Shown one piece after another: positions 60,880 through 64,000 of a stretch of DNA of 64,000 bases. The position numbers and the translations under genes were made by a program. Each line of letters opens with the position of its first letter. The first letter of the stretch is position 1. A model generated the notes under the pieces. It made no database searches, was not told the origin of the DNA, and was given only the letters and a program-made list of their open reading frames with translations. Source of the stretch: Squalus acanthias. Lineage: Eukaryota. The stretch covers positions 99,512,001-99,576,000 of the forward strand of contig CM059431.1 of assembly GCA_030390025.1 (NCBI GenBank). The letters are read 5' to 3'.

Positions 60880-62012
60880 AAAAAAGACTCCCATTTCTAC
60901 AGCGCCTTTCACAACCTCCGGACGTCCCAAAGTGCTTTACAGCCAATGAAGTATTTTTGAAGTGTAGTCACTGTTGTAATGTAGGAAACGCAGCAGCCAA
61001 TTTGCGCACAGCAAGCTCCCACAAACAGCAACGTGATAATGACCAGATAATCTGTTTTTTTTAAGTATTGTTGATTGAGGGATAAATGTTGGCCCCAGGA
61101 CACTCGGGAGAACTCCCCTGCTCCTCTTTGAAATAGTGCCATGGGGTCTTTTCCATCCACCTGAGAGGGCAGACGGGGACTTGGTTTACGAGGGGCTGTA
61201 CTGAGGGAACGCTGCACTCTCAGAGGGTCAGTACTGAGGGAACGCTGCACTGTCGGAGGGTCAGTACTGAGGGAACGCTGCACTCTCAGAGGGTCAGTAC
61301 TGAGGCAGTGCTGCACTGTCGGAGGGGCAGTACTGAGGGAGGGCTGCACTGTCGGAGGGGCAGTACTGAGGGAGCGCCGCTCTGTCGGAGGGGCAGTACT
61401 GAGGGAGCGCCGCACTGTCGGAGGGGCAGTACTGAGGGAGCGCTGCACTGTCGGAGGGGCAGTACTGAGGGAGCGCCGCACTGTCGGAGGGGCAGTACTG
61501 AGGGAGCGCTGCACTGTCGGAGGGGCAGTACTGAGGGAGCGCTGCACTGTCGGAGGGGCAGTACTGAGAGAGCGCTGCACTGTCAGAGGGGCAGTACTGA
61601 GTGAGGGCTGCACTGTCGGAGGGTCAGTACTGAGGGAGGGCCGCACTGTCGGAGGGGCAGTACTGAGGGAGCGCCGCATTGTCGGAGGGTCAGTACTGAG
61701 GGAGCACCGCACTGTCGGAGGGGCAGTACTGAGGGAGCGCCGCATTGTCGGAGGGGCAGTACTGAGGGAATGCTGCACTGTCGGAGGTGCCGTCTTTTGG
61801 ATGAGACACTAAACCGAGGCTCCATCTGCTCTCTCAGGTGGATGTAAAAGATCCCACGGCACTATTTTGAAGAAAGGCAGGGGAGTTATCCCCGGTGTCC
61901 TGCTCAATATTTATCCCTCAACCAACATCACTATAACACATTATCTGGTCATTATCTCTTTGCTGTTTGTGGGAGCTTGCTGTGTGCACAATGGGTGCCG
62001 CATTTCCTAGAC
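60880..62012. mobile_element. Two inverted Deu-SINE halves (- 60880-61188; + 61788-62012) flanking a 33-bp array (61192-61787, ~18 copies)
   Basis: The Deu domain is present in both orientations around the array. Confidence 0.9.
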
Positions 62013-62737
62013 TGCACTAGTCTTTCACTGTGTTGAGAAAACAACTGACAGTGTCGCCTTTTTAAGAGCTTAGTCATCATTCTACTCGGAAGCAGTATCT
62101 CATTCTTCCAGTAAATTGCTGATAAAACTGATTTATAATCTAAAGCCTCTGCTTTCCTCTTGTAGCCATGGTACTGGTACGACAGGTTTTGTGAATACAA
62201 AGACTGTATTATTTCTCTTCATGTTGAATATATTCCTTGTTTGTAATGGGTGTCTTTTGCAAAGTGACTGAATCTTGTTTTTTTTGTTGATGTGGGTTTT
62301 TGACAGGATTTTGATGATTGTGCTGCGATTAGTTGGGAGATCAATTCCCCCGCCCCCTCGCCCCACCCCTCGCCCCCGTATCACAACGTGAATCTATACA
62401 CCAGAGTGAAAGCATTGGCGGGTAATTAGCTGAGCTGTACACCGATCGCAGCTGAGGCGGAGCTCGGGAAACATGTGAAAGTGGGCTTTGCGCCAGGAGA
62501 CAAGAGGTATTTTTGTGAACGAGATTAACAGGATGTGCATGAGGTAAAGAACCAGGGAATGCGAATGAAGTTGGATTATTCACCGGGGAAATCAAGCATT
62601 CAGTAATAGCATTTTGCAGGGAGTTTTATTTGCCCCAAGAGAGCCATGGCAAATTAATAGACAACCCCTGCAAAAGGCCACACAAACAGGTAGAGTTCAA
62701 ATGTGTACCACAGGGACACTGAAAGCAACTAGTGAGA

Positions 62738-64000
62738 AAATATCCTTATACTGTCCCCAATATCCTTATACTGTCCCCCAATATCCTTATACTGTCCCCA
62801 ATATCCTTATACTGTCCCCATTATCCTTATTTTGTCTCCCAATATCCTTATACTGTCCCCAATATCCTTATACTGTCCCCAATATCCTAATACAGTCCCC
62901 AATATCCTTATACTGTCCCCTAATATCCTAATACTGTCCCCAATATCCTTATACTGTCCCCAATATCCTTATACTGTCCCCCAATATCCTTATACTGTCC
63001 CCAATATCCTTATACTGTTCCCAATATCCTTATACTGTACCCAATATCCTTATACTGTCCCCAATATGCTTATACTGTCACCTTTATCCTTATACTGGTC
63101 CCAATATCCTTATAATGTCCCCCAATATTCTTATACTGTCCCCCAATATCCTTCTACTCTCCCTCAATATCCTTATACTGTCCCTAATATCATTATATTG
63201 TCCCCAATATCCTTATACTGTCCCCAATATCCTTATACTGTCCCCCAATATCCTTATACTGTTCCCAATATCCTTATACTGTCCCCCAATATACTTATAC
63301 TGTCCCCAATATCCTTATACTGGTCCCAATATCCTTATAATGTCCCCCAATATTCTTATACTGTCCCCCAATATCCCTCTACTCTCCCTCAATATCCTTA
63401 TACTGTCCCTAATATCATTATATTGTCCCCAATATCCTTATACTGTCCCCAATATCCTTATACTGTCCCCCAATATCCTTATACTGTCCCCAATATCCTT
63501 ATACTGTCCCCAATATCCTTATACTGTCCCTAATATCATTATATTGTCCCCAATATCCTTATACTGTCCCCAATAGCCTTATACTGTCCCCCAATATCCT
63601 TATACTGTCCCCAATATCCTTATACTGTCCCCAATATCCTAATACTGTCCCCAATATCCTTATACTGTCCCCCAAAACCCTTATACTCTCCCCCAAAATC
63701 CTTATACTCTCCCCCAATATCCTTATACTGTTCCCAATATCCTTATACTGTTCCCAATATCCTTATACTGTCCCCCAATATACTTACACTGTTCCCAATA
63801 TCCTTATACTGTCCCCCAATATACTTATACTGTCCCCAATATCCTTATACTGTCCCCAATATCCTTATACTGTCCCCCAATATACTTATACTGTCCCCAA
63901 TATCCTTATACTGTCCCCAATATCCTTATACTGTACCCCAATAGACTTATACTGTCCCCAATATCCTTATACTGTCCCCAATATCCTTATACTGTACCCC
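62738..64000. repeat. 20/21-bp minisatellite running off the window end
   Basis: Unit aatatccttatactgtcccc(c). Confidence 0.97.

Noticed and set aside
61952..62384. Protein-like minus-strand ORFs near a GC-rich patch
   Set aside because: No convincing acceptor, an in-frame stop lies just upstream, and no domain is recognisable.
62614..63576. PQYPYTV / ILILSPISLY repeat ORFs
   Set aside because: They come from a 20/21-bp minisatellite whose frame shifts between units.

Overview
This window is eukaryotic and almost certainly from a cartilaginous fish (shark/elasmobranch). That is inferred from its repeats: an HE1-like V-SINE, SacSINE1/AmnSINE1-like Deu-domain SINEs and HER1/CR1 LINEs. It looks intronic or intergenic and is dominated by nested transposable elements: many CR1 and L2-group LINE 3' fragments, RTE fragments, three tRNA-derived SINE families, PIF/Harbinger-type MITEs and a Harbinger remnant with a Myb/SANT-like ORF, plus Tigger-like and hAT-like MITEs. 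A near full-length Vingi-like LINE (42959-49286) itself contains a MITE and a Penelope element. I found no intact host gene, rRNA, tRNA gene or CRISPR array; only weak minus-strand exon candidates exist. Most long ORFs in the track are TE remnants or translations of minisatellites. The main points of interest are: (i) two families of minimal hammerhead-ribozyme motifs, including short fold-back elements flanked by TSDs; (ii) a Harbinger MITE built of covarying hairpins, promoter-like motifs and four conserved splice-donor motifs; (iii) six 33-bp minisatellite arrays seeded from the same site of a Deu-SINE; (iv) a ~75-bp junction shared by two CR1 copies 39 kb apart. Family names come from my recall of consensus motifs, not database searches, and boundaries without TSDs are approximate.
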